The translations under genes and the position numbers were made by a program. DNA of 60,874 nucleotides, the filler included, from Basidioascus undulatus (Eukaryota), in the NCBI GenBank assembly GCA_000826855.1. It is 5 parts of 5 records of this genome, joined end to end, with 100 filler letters (N's around TTAATTAATTAA, not from the genome) between each part and the next. Parts side by side here need not be neighbours in the genome. Positions count along the whole stretch, not along the records: positions 32,282 to 60,874 come from JTLS01000146.1; 4 more parts are not named here. The stretch is one strand, 5' to 3'. The first letter of the stretch is position 1. Each line of letters starts with the position of its first letter. Shown here piece by piece: positions 40,384-52,564 of this stretch. Under the pieces are notes generated by a model. It was not told the origin of the DNA, made no database searches, and was given only the letters and a program-made list of their open reading frames with translations.

Positions 40384-40498
40384 GGACTCTCACGCTCCGG
40401 CCCGGGGCTGTTTCGCTCGCTGCCTTCTCTGTCCAGCTTGCTCGCCATCGCCATTCATAGTCTCTTTATCCTCCCCGATATCCTCCTCCACGGACACA

Positions 40499-42322
40499 AT
40501 GTCTGACGCCTGGAACAAGAGTTCGTGCCTTCTGGGCGGCGAGGGAGGCAGGCATCGCACGCTGACCGGCTCTGCTGCTTTCTGCACCACACAGCGTACC
40601 ACTGGCGCCAGAAGGGATGCGACCGGTGGGCAAAGGAGTGGTTCAAGTCTCAGCTGGAGGGCCTCAAGGTCGAGGACTCCGGGGACGTTATCACCTTCAC
40701 CGAGCTCAGCGAGTGCGACGGGGACGTCACGCTTGGGTCTAGGAAGGGCAAGTGAGTCGCTGGCCCTTGGGGTTTCTTTCTGAGGGAGGGCGGTATTGCA
40801 AGAGGTAGAGGAGCTGGCGGGATGCTGGAGAGACTTCAAAGGTAGTGCGGTGCTGATGCTATGCTTGTCCCTGTGCGATCGCAGGCTGATCACGATCTAC
40901 GACCTCAAGATCGTCGCGAAGTGGGAAGGTGCGCCGGTCACTGATCATCGGCCGCCCCGCCCATCTCTCAACAATTCTCCTAACACAGGCACCGCTAAAG
41001 ACGGCTCGACCGCCTCAGGCAAGGTGCACGTCCCCGAGGTCTCGCACGAGGCGATCGACGGTCTCTCCGACTACGTTGTGCGTCCCCATCTCCCATCTCC
41101 CCTCTCCTCTCCCAACCACCGTCTCAGCACAGCCCCCCGTTCTCGCACCCACAGTTTGAGATCACCGGCTCCCCCGAGTCCTCCCCCCTCGTCTCCACCG
41201 CCAAGCGCGTCCTCCCCCCGCGCCTGACCGAAATCTTCAACGCGTTCCCCAAAGCGCTCGTCGCCGACCAAGGCAAGGAGTTCAACGCCTCGCCCTCCGC
41301 GTCCGGCGCGTCGACGCCCGCTACCCCTGCCGCCGCACCCACCCCGGGCGGCGTCGCGACCAAGGCCGCGGATGCCGCGAAGGGAGCCGCGCCCAAGGCG
41401 GAGGACCTCGAGCGCAAGGTCGCCGCTGCTGCTAGTGCCAGCAGCAGCAGCAGCAACACGAGCAAGGTTACCGTCGAGGGCCAGTTCATGGCGAGCGCGG
41501 ACGACCTCTGGGAGCTGCTGACGGACGAGAAGAAGGTGCCGATGTGGTCGAGGGCGCCGGCGCAGGTGCATCGCATCTTCTTTCTTCGGGCGCGAAGGAG
41601 GCGGCGAGCTGATGAGCTGGGGCGTGGCGGACACAGATCAAGCCTGAGCCGGGCAGCCAGTTTACGCTGTTTGGCGGGGGCGTCAAAGGCGAGATTGTCG
41701 AGGCGCAGCGGTCGAAGAAACTCGTTCAGAAGTGGGCGCTGTCGGGCGGGAACTGGCCGGAGGGTGCGTCTTGCCTCCCCCATCCTTGCCTTGTTTGCCT
41801 CTCCTCTTTTGCGTCCGTGCTGGATGAGGACTGATCGGCCCGGATGCGAGCGCGAGAGCAGGCCACTACGCGACCCTCACGTCGACGTTTGAGCAAGGCG
41901 CGGACTCGACCACCCTCCGACTCACGCTCGAGGGCGTGCCCAAGGGCCAGGAGGACGAGATCCAGCGGAACCTGGACATGTGTGTCCCTCTCCCCCCTCT
42001 TTCCCCTCCTTTCCGTCCCACGACACTCACAATTCTTGCTTCCGCCCGCCAGGTACTATATCCGCCAGCTCAAACAGTTCGGGTGGGTCACACAAAACTT
42101 TGTCGTCCCCCGCCCCTCCCCTTCCTCCCCTTCGCGCCCCTCGCCTCGTTCTCCCCCCTCCTCCTCCACGCCCGCATGGCTCCCGCCCCTCTCCGCGGCG
42201 CTCGGGATCGCCGCACTCGCTGCCACGTGGAATTACTGGTGGACGAGCCGTGGCTGATGCATTCTTTCTTTTCTTCTTCTGCACCCGTTTTGGCATCATA
42301 CAGGCTCGGCACGATCCTCTAG
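40499..42322 (+). CDS. AHA1: Activator of Hsp90 ATPase Aha1 (two possible C-termini)
   Basis: MSDAWNKTYHWRQKGC...DGDVTLGSRKGKLITIYDL...VPEVSHE...FMASADDLWELLTDEKKVPMWSRAPAQ...FTLFGGGVKG...YYIRQLKQFGLGTIL*. Confidence 0.93.
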
Positions 42323-43812
42323 CCGGATTCGACAGGGATTGCGACTGGGCAGGGTGGGAGAGGATGCAATTGTGTGGATGGGGCGTGGGCGGTTTTTTCC
42401 GAGAGGAAATGCGATGCGTCGGGGAAGGGAAGAACGGAGGGGAGTGCTGCGTGGGATGGGGGATTGGGCATGCCGATGCCGCTGATTTAAGAGCATGCTA
42501 TGTGTGGAAGGATCTCGCGCGAAGGTTTGTGATTCGTCCTCGGTCTGCGGATGGTGTAGATGAGAGGCTTGGTTGTAGGCGCTTGAGGAGTCTGCTCAGC
42601 CCGCCAGTGGCACTGCCTTATACGGGGGTATTGTTTTGCGGTATCTCGTCTCGCATATCGCAGCGGCGACCTTTCTTACCATTGTGATTATCTTTTGCAC
42701 TGCTGCTTGCTTTACACAAGTAATAATTTGGCGTGGATTGCAAGAAGTCGCGAGAATGTACGATGCAGTTTCTCACGTGAAACGAAGCACAGCTCCACCC
42801 TTCCGCCATTTCCTCCAGTCTATCCAGTCCGCTCCTCTCAAACTCTTCCCATCCACGAGCACTTCCACCCTCCCTTTCTACAGAGCAGGCTTTTAGTCGC
42901 CGGTAACCTACCAGCTAGTCCCACCGCCCAGCTGCAGCCGCCCAGCATGTCGTCCACCGCGCCCGTCGTGCTCTACCGCGAGCTCCACTACCCGCCGCAA
43001 TCGCGCTCCTTCCTCTTCTCCTCCTACCTCCCGCCCTCCCCGCGCTTGCGCATGCCCCACGCAGCCTGGACAGGCACGCTCTCGCGCAGGTTCGCTGATG
43101 CGTGCCAGACGCGCGTGGAAGTCATGGTGAGTCTCAGGCGCCGTTTCCTCATCTTCCCTCTCTGCTGTTTCCCTCTCTCAGAAAGCTGATGGATTGGCTC
43201 ACACCTTCGCTGTGGCTGCTTAGGTTGGGGATAAATTTGTTCCCGGCGAGGTCAGACTGGGCGTCACGGGCGAGAGCAGAGTTGCGCAAGAGCCCCCGGC
43301 CCCGTTCAAGAAGGGGCGGGTGATCAAGATTGGCTGGGTGATGACGTCGACTGGGGACTACGTGCCCATCTGAGGACTCCTGCGCTGTAGGAAATGAGGC
43401 GGCGGAAGGCAGATGGAACCATATGGTGAGCTGGACTGCTTGGTTAGGTCGGCGTCGGGTTGTACGAAGGGGAAGCCGGAACATGCACAGGACTGTTGGC
43501 GATTTCCGCTGCGCGGCCACGAGGGAACGATGGAACTGCACACCGCACACATGAGGCAGATAGCGTTGAGGCTGTATTCATTCAGGAGCTGATGTTACAA
43601 GACAGATTGGGGCGCAGGGTTGAGCTGCCGATGCGGATGCGAGAGAATCATGCGTAACAGGAACAAGAGCCTAGCAGGCCAGAATGTTGAAGGGAAAGAA
43701 GGACCGAGAGAAAAGAAAGAAAGCAGCAAGAAAGACCTGGGCAGTGTGGAGAAAGAGAAACTTGAATGTCTAAGATGCGATCGAGAGAAGGGGAGGATAT
43801 CGAGAAAGGCGT

Positions 43813-46800
43813 CTAGAAGAGACCAATGACCTGCGAGGAGAGCAGGGTCAGGACATGCGTGAGGCGGAATGGTAGACGGTGGGGATAGGAAGGGCGCCGT
43901 ACCTTGGGGGGGACCACAGAGGTGTCGAGGTCGATGTCGTAGTAACCGGGGCGGGTCGACAGACCGGGCATGGTCTGCGAGAGAAGAAGGGAACCGTAAG
44001 TACAAGCGGCGGAAGGGGATAATCGGGTGAATCGCATGCGCTGGACGTACCTGCATGTCACCGCAGAGCGGGTAGAGGAAGCCAGCACCGGCTGCGAGCT
44101 TGACCGAGCGGATGGGAACGGTGAAGCCTGATCGTCGAGAGAAAGGAGCCCGTCAGATGCCTGCGGAAGTAGCAGGGAACAAAGGACGAGACACGCACCA
44201 GTCGGGACGCCCTTGAGCTTGGGGTTGTGCGAGAGGGAGAGATGGCTCTTGGCCATGCAGATCTGCCGGCCCATCCAATCCACCGCGTCAGCATCGCGTC
44301 CACACCCGCAACTCCTCAAACCCTCGCGCAACGCACAGGCAGGTGGCCGTAGCCCTGGCGAGTGTAAGTCTCGATTTGGCTCTTCGCGAGCTCGCTGAGC
44401 TCGATACCGTCCGCGCCGTACATCTCACGCGCGATCACGGCGATCTTGGCCTCGACGGTCTCCTCGTCGCGGTAGAGGAGCTTGAAGTCGGCGTTCTCCG
44501 TCGCCTCGAGCGTCTCGCCGTTCGCGCCCTTGGGCTCGACGGTGTCGATCAGCGCCTGCGCGAGCTCGACTGCACCCTCGCCACCCTTCGCCCAGTGGTT
44601 CGCGGGGACGGCGGCGTGCGCGCCGGCCTGCAGGGCATACTTCTGCACGAGGTCGAGCTCGGCCTGGGTGTCGGAGCTGCAAGATCGAGAAACACACGCT
44701 CGTCAACATCCACACGATTTTGAACAGAACCCGAATGCAGGGCAGGCAAGAACGAGGGTGGATACGTACGCGAACTGGTTGATGGCGACGATGACCTTGA
44801 CGCCGAACTTGCGGCCGTTCTCGATGTGCTTGGCGAGGTTCTTGCAGCCCTCCTCAAGCGTGACGAGGTCCTCGTTGAGGTACGTGTCGTGGAGGGGCTT
44901 GCCGGGGGTGACCTCGGGCCCGCCGCCGTGCATCTTGAGCGCACGGACGGTCGCGACCAGAACGACGGCGTCGGGGACGAGGCCGGAGACGCGGCACTTG
45001 ATGTTGAAGAACTTCTCCATGCCTGTAATGGACCAAGTACTCATGAGTACTTGTAGAACTCGGAAATGAGACGGAGCAGCTTGACGGACCGATGTCAGCG
45101 CCGAAGCCAGCCTCGGTGATGACGTAGCCGCCGACGCTGGCGGATTCGCCCTCCTCGGTACCGGCGAGCTTGAGCGCGACGCGGTCCGCGAGGATGGACG
45201 AGTTACCGTGGGCGATGTTGGCGAACGGCCCGGCGTGGACGAAGACGGGCGTGCCCTCCAGCGTCTGCATGAGGTTGGGCTTGATCGAGTCCTTCATGAG
45301 CACGGTGAGCGCGCCCGTGATACCGATGTCGTCAGCCGTGACGGGCTCGCCCGCCTTGGACGTCGCGACGACGATCTGGCCGAGGCGCTCGCGCATGTCG
45401 GCGAGGTCCTTGGACAGCGCGAGCACGGCCATGATCTCGGACGCGACGGCGATGTCGTACCCAGTCTCGCGGGTGCGGCCCTGTCCACCCGGATGTCCGT
45501 CTCAGCATCCCATCCCAACGAAACTTAAGAAGGCGCTAGGAGGACTCACGAGCTCAGTCTGCGCCTGACCAACGGTGATCTTGCGAAGGAAGCGGTCGTT
45601 GGTGTCCGTGACGCGGTGCCAGGTGATGGTCTCGGGGTCGATGTCGAGGCGGGCGAAGCGCGTCTGCTCCTCAGGGGTGAGGTCGTCCGGGTTCGTCTTG
45701 TTGATGCCAAGCTTCTGGAGGCGCTTGAGCATGATCGGCGAGAACGTGCGCACGCCCTTCTTCGCGGGGCAGAGACGCGTGAAGAGCGCCTTATCCGACT
45801 GCGTCGACTCGTGGAACATCCGCGCGTCGATGGCGGCGGCTGCGTCGGGAAGCAGGGATGGTTAAGACAGATTTGGGTGGAAGACGAGAGGGAGCGACGC
45901 GTACCGAGGAGGTTGTTCGCGGCGGTGACGGCGTGGATGTCACCAGTCAAGTGGAGGTTGAACTAAAACGCATCCTCGCGTCAGTCCTGCCTATCCCACA
46001 AACCCAGAACGGCGACAACGCACCTCGTCCATGGGGATGATCTGCGCGTAACCACCACCCGCAGCACCGCCCTTGATGCCGAACGTGGGGCCCTGAGACG
46101 GCTGGCGGACACAGGCGAACGCCGGGCGGGCGAGGTGGGCGCCGAGCGCCTGGGCGAGGCCGACGGTCGTCGTCGACTTCCCCTCGCCGAGCGGCGTCGG
46201 GGTGATGCCCGCCACAACGACGTACTTGCCATCCTTGCGGTGCTTCAGGCGCTCGAGCAGCGAGAGCTCGACCTTAGCCTTGACGCGGCCGTACGTCTCC
46301 AGCTCGTCAGAGCGGATGCCGATCTCCTTTGCGAGCTTGGTGATCGGCTTGGGGGTCTGCGCGGAGGCGATCTCGATGTCGCTGATCGGGATGAACATTG
46401 AGCGAAATTAGCACCGTCTCACAGAAAGACATGTGGGTTGCAATGCAGGAAGGAAAGACGAACCTGGGGACCTTCTCGAGGATGGTGAGCGGCAGGGGCT
46501 CAGCGACACCGCGCCCACGGCCGTTGCGCGCCTCGTGCTGGCGCTTGGCGGCGGCAAAGGTGTTCTCCATGAGCATCGCGACGGTCATGGGGCCGACACC
46601 GCCGGGGACGGGGGTGATGGCGGACGCGCGCGCGGAGGCAGCAGCGAACTCGACATCGCCGAGCATGCGCTGGCCAGACTTCTTGGTCGCGTCTGTCAAG
46701 AACAGCCGAATGCAAGGGTCAGCTTGCGTGCAAGGCGTACAGGAGGGAAAGATAAGAGAACACGAGGACGAACCAGGAACGAAGTTGGCGCCGACGTCGA

Positions 46801-48038
46801 TGACCACAGCGCCCTCCTTGATCCACTCGCCCTTGACGAACTCGGGCGAGCCGATGGCAGCGACGACGATGTCGGCCTGCTTGACCTGTTTGACGCAACA
46901 ACACCTAAACTGTGAGCCAATCGCTGAAGGAGAACTATGGAGGCTGCGTACGAGCTCGGGGATGTTCTTTGTGCGGGAGTGAATCTGAACGACGGTCGCG
47001 TCACGGCGGCGGAGCATGGAGCACGCGGGGGTGCCGACAATGTCAGAGCGGCCGAGGACGACGGCGAGCTTGCCGGCAATCTGGACGCCCGTCTCGTCGA
47101 GGAGGCGGATGACACCGGCCGGGGTGCAGGGCGCGAAGAGGGGGTCCGCGGTACGCGAGGAGAGAGCACCGGTGGTGAGGGGGTGGAAGCTAGGCAGGAC
47201 AGAAGGGGTTCAGTCGGCGCTGTGCAAGAGAAGATATGAGTAGAAAAGCAGGGACTAACCCGTCAACGTCCTTCTCGTGTGCAATAGCCTCAACAACGCG
47301 ACGCTCGCCCTCCTTGCCGCCGTTGGCGAGCGGGAGCTGGACGAGGACGCCATGGATGCCCTCGTCCTCGTTGGCGTGCTGGACGGCCTCGACGATCTTG
47401 TCGACGGGCTCGTCGGCGGGGATCTGGAGGTGGGTGAACTTGAAGCCGGCCTCGGCGGCGGCGAGGCGCTTCATGCGGATGTAGGAGGTCGAGTCGGGGC
47501 GCGCGCCGTGCTGGATAATGAGGAGGTGCGGCTGGAAGGGGAGGGACGAGACCTGCGATTGCAGGGACTGGCGGATGGACCTGCATTATGAATTGATGGT
47601 GAGTGTCTGAAAGAATGGTCTTGAAGGCGAGAAAGATGGGAGCGAGGAGCGAAGGGGCAGCGAGGGAGATGGCCAGTTGCGCGAAGACAAGACGCCCAGT
47701 CATTTTTGTTTGCCTTCTCGCTCGCTGCCTTCGCACCCAGAATAGCTCAAAAGAGAGAAATGAAAGACTCACTTTGAAACAGCAGTGCCGTCAATGATCT
47801 TGGCCTTCGCGGCCGACTCGGCAGACGGGGGGACGCCCGTGGCCGCGGCGGGGTTCTCCTGGGAGGCAGACATGGCGGATGTCGTACGGAATCGGGCGGG
47901 GGAGGAAGACGAGAGAGTACGGGCGGTGCGAAGGGAACCAGAAGCAGCGGACTTGGACTGAAGAAGGGAGCGTGTGGTGTTGGAGGTCGTCGCGCGGTGC
48001 AAGGAGCGGACGGCGACGAGGCGGCGGGAGAGAAGCAT
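43813..48038 (-). CDS. ADE3: Trifunctional C1-tetrahydrofolate synthase (Ade3/Mis1-like) with mitochondrial presequence
   Basis: [94 protein letters not shown]...GLF*. Confidence 0.97.
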
Positions 48039-48599
48039 GAAGCCTCGGGGCGGGGCACGGACAGGCGAACGTTTGGGCAGTCAGGCGAGAAGACGCTTGC
48101 CAGCCTGCACGCGGAGCGCCGAAAATCACGGCAGCAAACCCTAACCGCTGCTGCACACTCTGAAACCGTTTTCTATGTATTCAGTTGCAACACAATAATA
48201 AAGCTGCATAGTAATCGTCCAGCCTGACAGGCGTTTTCCCTCGGACGAATGCGGGCATTCAAAATTTGGCAGTGGGACGAGGTGCTTGTTCTACAGTCGG
48301 GCAACTTGCTATCTTCAGCGTTATCGCAATGACTCGGAGGATGAGGATGCTTGCGCCATTCGACGCCCAAGTTCACGGCAAACACGAGTTGCGCGAGCGG
48401 CGAGGCCAGGAACAGGCAAAATGTTCAACAGGCGGCAGCCGAAGCTGGTCGCCCGACCCGGATCCCGGCAGTGCTGCTCGCACGGTTGTCTCCGGATGCA
48501 TTACGACGCTCTTGCGCTTCAGATAGGAAATGATAAAGATGTGCAGGATAAGAACACCATGTCTGCGAAAACAAGATCAAGTAGAAATGTCCGAGCCCC

Positions 48600-49960
48600 T
48601 TGGGCTCAGGCTCAGCTGTCGAGGACACTGGCAGACACCCTGCGTGCTGCCGGGGGTACCCACCTTGACCCAGACTCGAAAGCAGTTGAAACAAGATGCC
48701 GCGAGTCATAAAAATGAAGCCTGAGTCGCTGTGGAGTGCAATGAGCGACACTAACTAGTGCCGGTCGAGCCCTTGGCACCCACAGTCTGGAGGCTCTCAA
48801 TGTGAGGCGACCTGAGCAGGCCGATGTGGAAGAGAATTTCACCAGCCCAGGTTGATTAAGCTTGTCATGCGACAGTTCGTACCGGCCACCAACCGCTTGT
48901 TGTGGGATACGAGGTAGCTGATGGTGTACCTACAGAAGCTATGTTAGCACCTGGACGGCATCCAAACTAGAGGAACTGTTGGGGCTTGCCCTGCTGAGCC
49001 AGTAAACACCTGTGCAGCAGGAAACGTCAGCATCGAAGCGATCAATAACATACTTTGCTGCTCGCGGCGTGGGACGAACCATGACCAACAGCTTCCTCGA
49101 CTTACAACCTTGTTTGGTTACGGAGCGCCAGAACAGCTGGAACATGGGCGCAAAGAGGATGTCGTACCTGACAGGAGCGGCGTGGCCTTCCACCATGGTA
49201 CCGAAGCTGAACGATCGCTGAGTTAGACATAATGGCAATTGAACGGAGCATCAATAAAACACTCTCTCGTCGAGTGGGGATACGGCCAGACAGTCCGGGG
49301 TGTTGTTCCCATGCACCTACGAAAGGATAAAGGGCGATGCAGTCAGGAAACGCTTCAAGAAAATACGGAAATCCCCTTTTGTTGTTGCCTATGCACAGTC
49401 CCAGGTACTGATTTTCTGTTGATAAGGAACCAGAACAAATCTGGGCAACATGGGTTAGCAGATGAATGCAATGCAGCGGGTGCGGGAGTGTATGGCTCAC
49501 AGCCCAACGAGATGCCGAAGCCCACTGTAGACCTCAACAGAGCCAGAATGCCTGCAAGACCAAGTTTTTTTTTGTTAATTAAAGGAAGAAGATAACCCCT
49601 TAACAACAGGGCGTAGATGATACTATAGAACATGCGAACCGACCCGGCGGAGATGTTGCGCGACGTCAACTCGAGGAACCCGCATAGGATGATGAACCCT
49701 GCGATTAAATAATTGATATTGAGTTATCTGATAATTGAGGCGGGCAGAAGACATACCAGGCAGGATGAGCACAACGCTGCCGTCCACGACAGCACTGTAG
49801 CAGAAGACGCCCGAATACCCAAGGGCTGCCGCGATAAACGAGTTGATCGCCGAAGGCAAGATCCTACAAGAACCAGTGAACGTCAGTATTATTGCAAATT
49901 GAGGTGATTGGTAAAATCATACTCCAAGATGTTGCTGCAGCAATCCAAATCACCACGGTG
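48600..49960 (-). pseudogene. Remnant of Prm10-like (ThrE/DUF1212) membrane protein gene
   Basis: INSFIAAALGYSGVFCYSAVVDGSVVLILPG/FIILCGFLELTSRNISAGSVRMFYSIIYALLL/GFGISLG; no intact N-terminal part, downstream frames broken; ends approximate. Confidence 0.7.
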
Positions 49961-51222
49961 CGTCAGTATGGACCGCCTGATGCGACGGCAAGAGCGACTT
50001 GTCTGTAGAATTCCTTCTTACCGTAAACACGTTCAATGCACTCCAATCATCAGCCTTGAGACTCTGAAACAATTTGACAACGATCTACCTTTTTGAGCTA
50101 CGATCATCTGCACTCACCAGTAAATCGCCGAGAATGGCGGCTGACAGAGAGTCCTGTGAAGTGTTGACGGGGTTAGTTGAGGTGGTTGATGCATGTTATA
50201 CTCGGAGTAATTAGAAGTGATTACAGCGAACGCCCCGCCCAACGCAAGCGAAGTAACACTGGCATTTGATGCAACGTTAACAAAGGATTCTGGATGGAGC
50301 GTGATTGCCATCTCCCCCCACCGACTGCAGCACAAGAAGAAAGGACAGATACATTGAAGCAATTTAGATAAGTTTATACAGCTACGAACCATTGAGATTT
50401 TTCTTCTGCTTCCCGAGAGTCTTCTGCCGAGCTCTGAGCTCCCCACCAAGGACTGCCCCCCCAGCTCCTCCGCGCTGTTGCAGTCGCACGACTGTGGCTT
50501 TCCGTTCTCGGGCCGGACAAGAGCGGGGTGGAATCCTCAGCATTAAATGGAAGGTCTTCGGGGAGAGATTTGTGAAGACTTGGAGGCTCTTTGAAGATTA
50601 AGGGGGATGAAGGAGCCGAGGAGAGTGCCCGAAAGCGAGCTGTGACTGACTGACTGCATCAGAGATAGGCAGTGCGCATTTAGAAACAGACTTTTTTTCC
50701 CACAGTTATTTCGGCGCCAGACGACTAACTACCGACCATCCAAGCTCTCCTTTCCCTTCCCTCCAGTCTTCTGCAGAGCTCTGAACTCCGCGCCTGAACT
50801 TGTTCAACGTCCCTACGCTGTTGCCGCCACACGACCGGGTCTTATTGTTTCAGCACAAACAGCGGTGGCTTTAAGTTGTCAGCATTGACGGCGGGATCGT
50901 CAGGGCGATTATCCAGAACACCACCAGAGCCGAGCAGCTTGCCAAGTATTAAAGGGACCGAGGAAAGGGAGAGTGGTCGAAGCTGGGGGTGCGCGGGGTG
51001 GTAAGACGGAATATCGGCAGAAGTGTCTGTGGCAGCTATCGACACATATCAATCGGGAAAGATGGGAGTAAGTCATGGTAGACCCGAACGCTGCAGAGCA
51101 TTCGCAGAGGAGAAGAGTCAGCAGTGGCAGTCTTGTGTGAGTCAGCCATTGTCTCTGCGAAGCGTTGCATCCGGTGTCTGAAGCACGAACCAAGACGTTC
51201 GTGGATCTCGCATGTCAACGAC

Positions 51223-51560
51223 TTAAATTTGCATTCCCACTCTCCCCGGAGACTCAGTATTCGCGACATCAACCGACAGCTTTTCTGCAAGCAAGCTCTC
51301 ACGCAAAACCTTCCACCTCTCCTCGATATCTCTCTCCAACGTCGCTACGTCCTCCCTCGACCTCCTTCGTTTCTCCCTCTTCCAGAAACGGAGGTAGCTG
51401 CAGAAGCGTTTGTCCAGAACCTGAACGAGGCGGTTGCTCGCCGCCGCCTGGGCCACGTAGAGCGGCTCCCAGCCACCCAGTTCATCGCCGTCCAGCTGGG
51501 CATGCTTGCGCTGGCAGGCTAGGTCGCCTCTAGCTCCGCTGTCCAAATGAGCGGTGACCT
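51223..51560 (-). pseudogene. Decayed hypothetical gene, copy A of a local duplication
   Basis: PLIWTAELEAT*, then in another frame LYVAQAAASNRLVQVLDKRFCSYLRFW...ERWKVLRE. Confidence 0.5.
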
Positions 51561-52564
51561 GGGGTGGGACAGCAGCCAGGCGAAAACGACAGTCGTCAGA
51601 GCGCCAGCATTTCGGAGTGTCAAGTACACTGGGCGTGGAAGCATCGCGAAGTACAGGTGGTGAAAAGCGCGAAGACGAGAGCGAATCCCGAGTGGTGGAT
51701 CCTGGCCTGGACAGTAGTGATTTCCACTATTGTGACCTTGTTTTTCAAGGAGGTAAGTAGGTCTGCGGGTAAGTTACCCGCGCAGCTGCATACAAGACAG
51801 CAAAGGTGGCTGGACTTCTGATGTAACCTCTCAACATGACATAGTTCTCCCCCCAGAGATTTAAGCTGTATCGGGACAAAATTGTCCTGCTCAAGTTCTA
51901 GTATGCCCCCATGACGACCGCAGCGAAAGGCAGCTTGAAGCATTCGGCCAAATATCCTTCTGAATCCAGGGTGAGCATGCCTGCAAGCTCATGTGGATTT
52001 TACAGAGCGGTAACACAATTCCTTGCATACACTTCTCTCAGCCCCAGAAAGGTGTTGACCCACCTCACGCTCCTTCCGCCTTACTCTCGTCGCGACCACC
52101 CCCAGGATTGGTCCAGCGCTCCCATGTCGCTGCGACAGCACGACTGCTGTTGGGCGTTCTGGATCAGAACATGAGGGCCTCGAGCTCTCGTCGAGGGAAA
52201 TTTCTTTAGGGGATGCGGAAGATCAGCAGTCTCGATCAATGTGCTCGAGGATTCGGAAGCGGCCGAGGAAAGGGAGAACACGGGGCCTGAGAGTGCCGCA
52301 AGGAGGGCTGTGGTATCATCGTCGGACTGGATTTCGGAAGAGAGATCGGCGTGAGCTGTTAATGAGTCTGAGTTGGGAAGAACGTGGATTTAGCATTCTG
52401 ATAAACTTTCCAAAGGCTGCAGGTCATTGACGAGCATGAATAAAAAGCTCGGGCAGGTCCCACGTCCACATCCCATTTGCGTATGCCCATTGTCCACGGA
52501 CAATGTTTAAGCCTACATGACCCGGCAAGCTCAAAATTCCGTCAACCAACGGGGCCTTCCTCAA

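Noticed and set aside
42947..43215. Small ORF MSSTAPVVLY... with intron-like signals
   Set aside because: Best splice model needs a non-canonical donor and gives about 19 aa; cannot be supported as a gene.
47690..47703. UGACUGGGCG in the ADE3 intron hairpin recalls the bacterial ZMP/ZTP riboswitch loop
   Set aside because: The 3' hairpin and pseudoknot partner are not visible; kept only as an unclassified structured intron.
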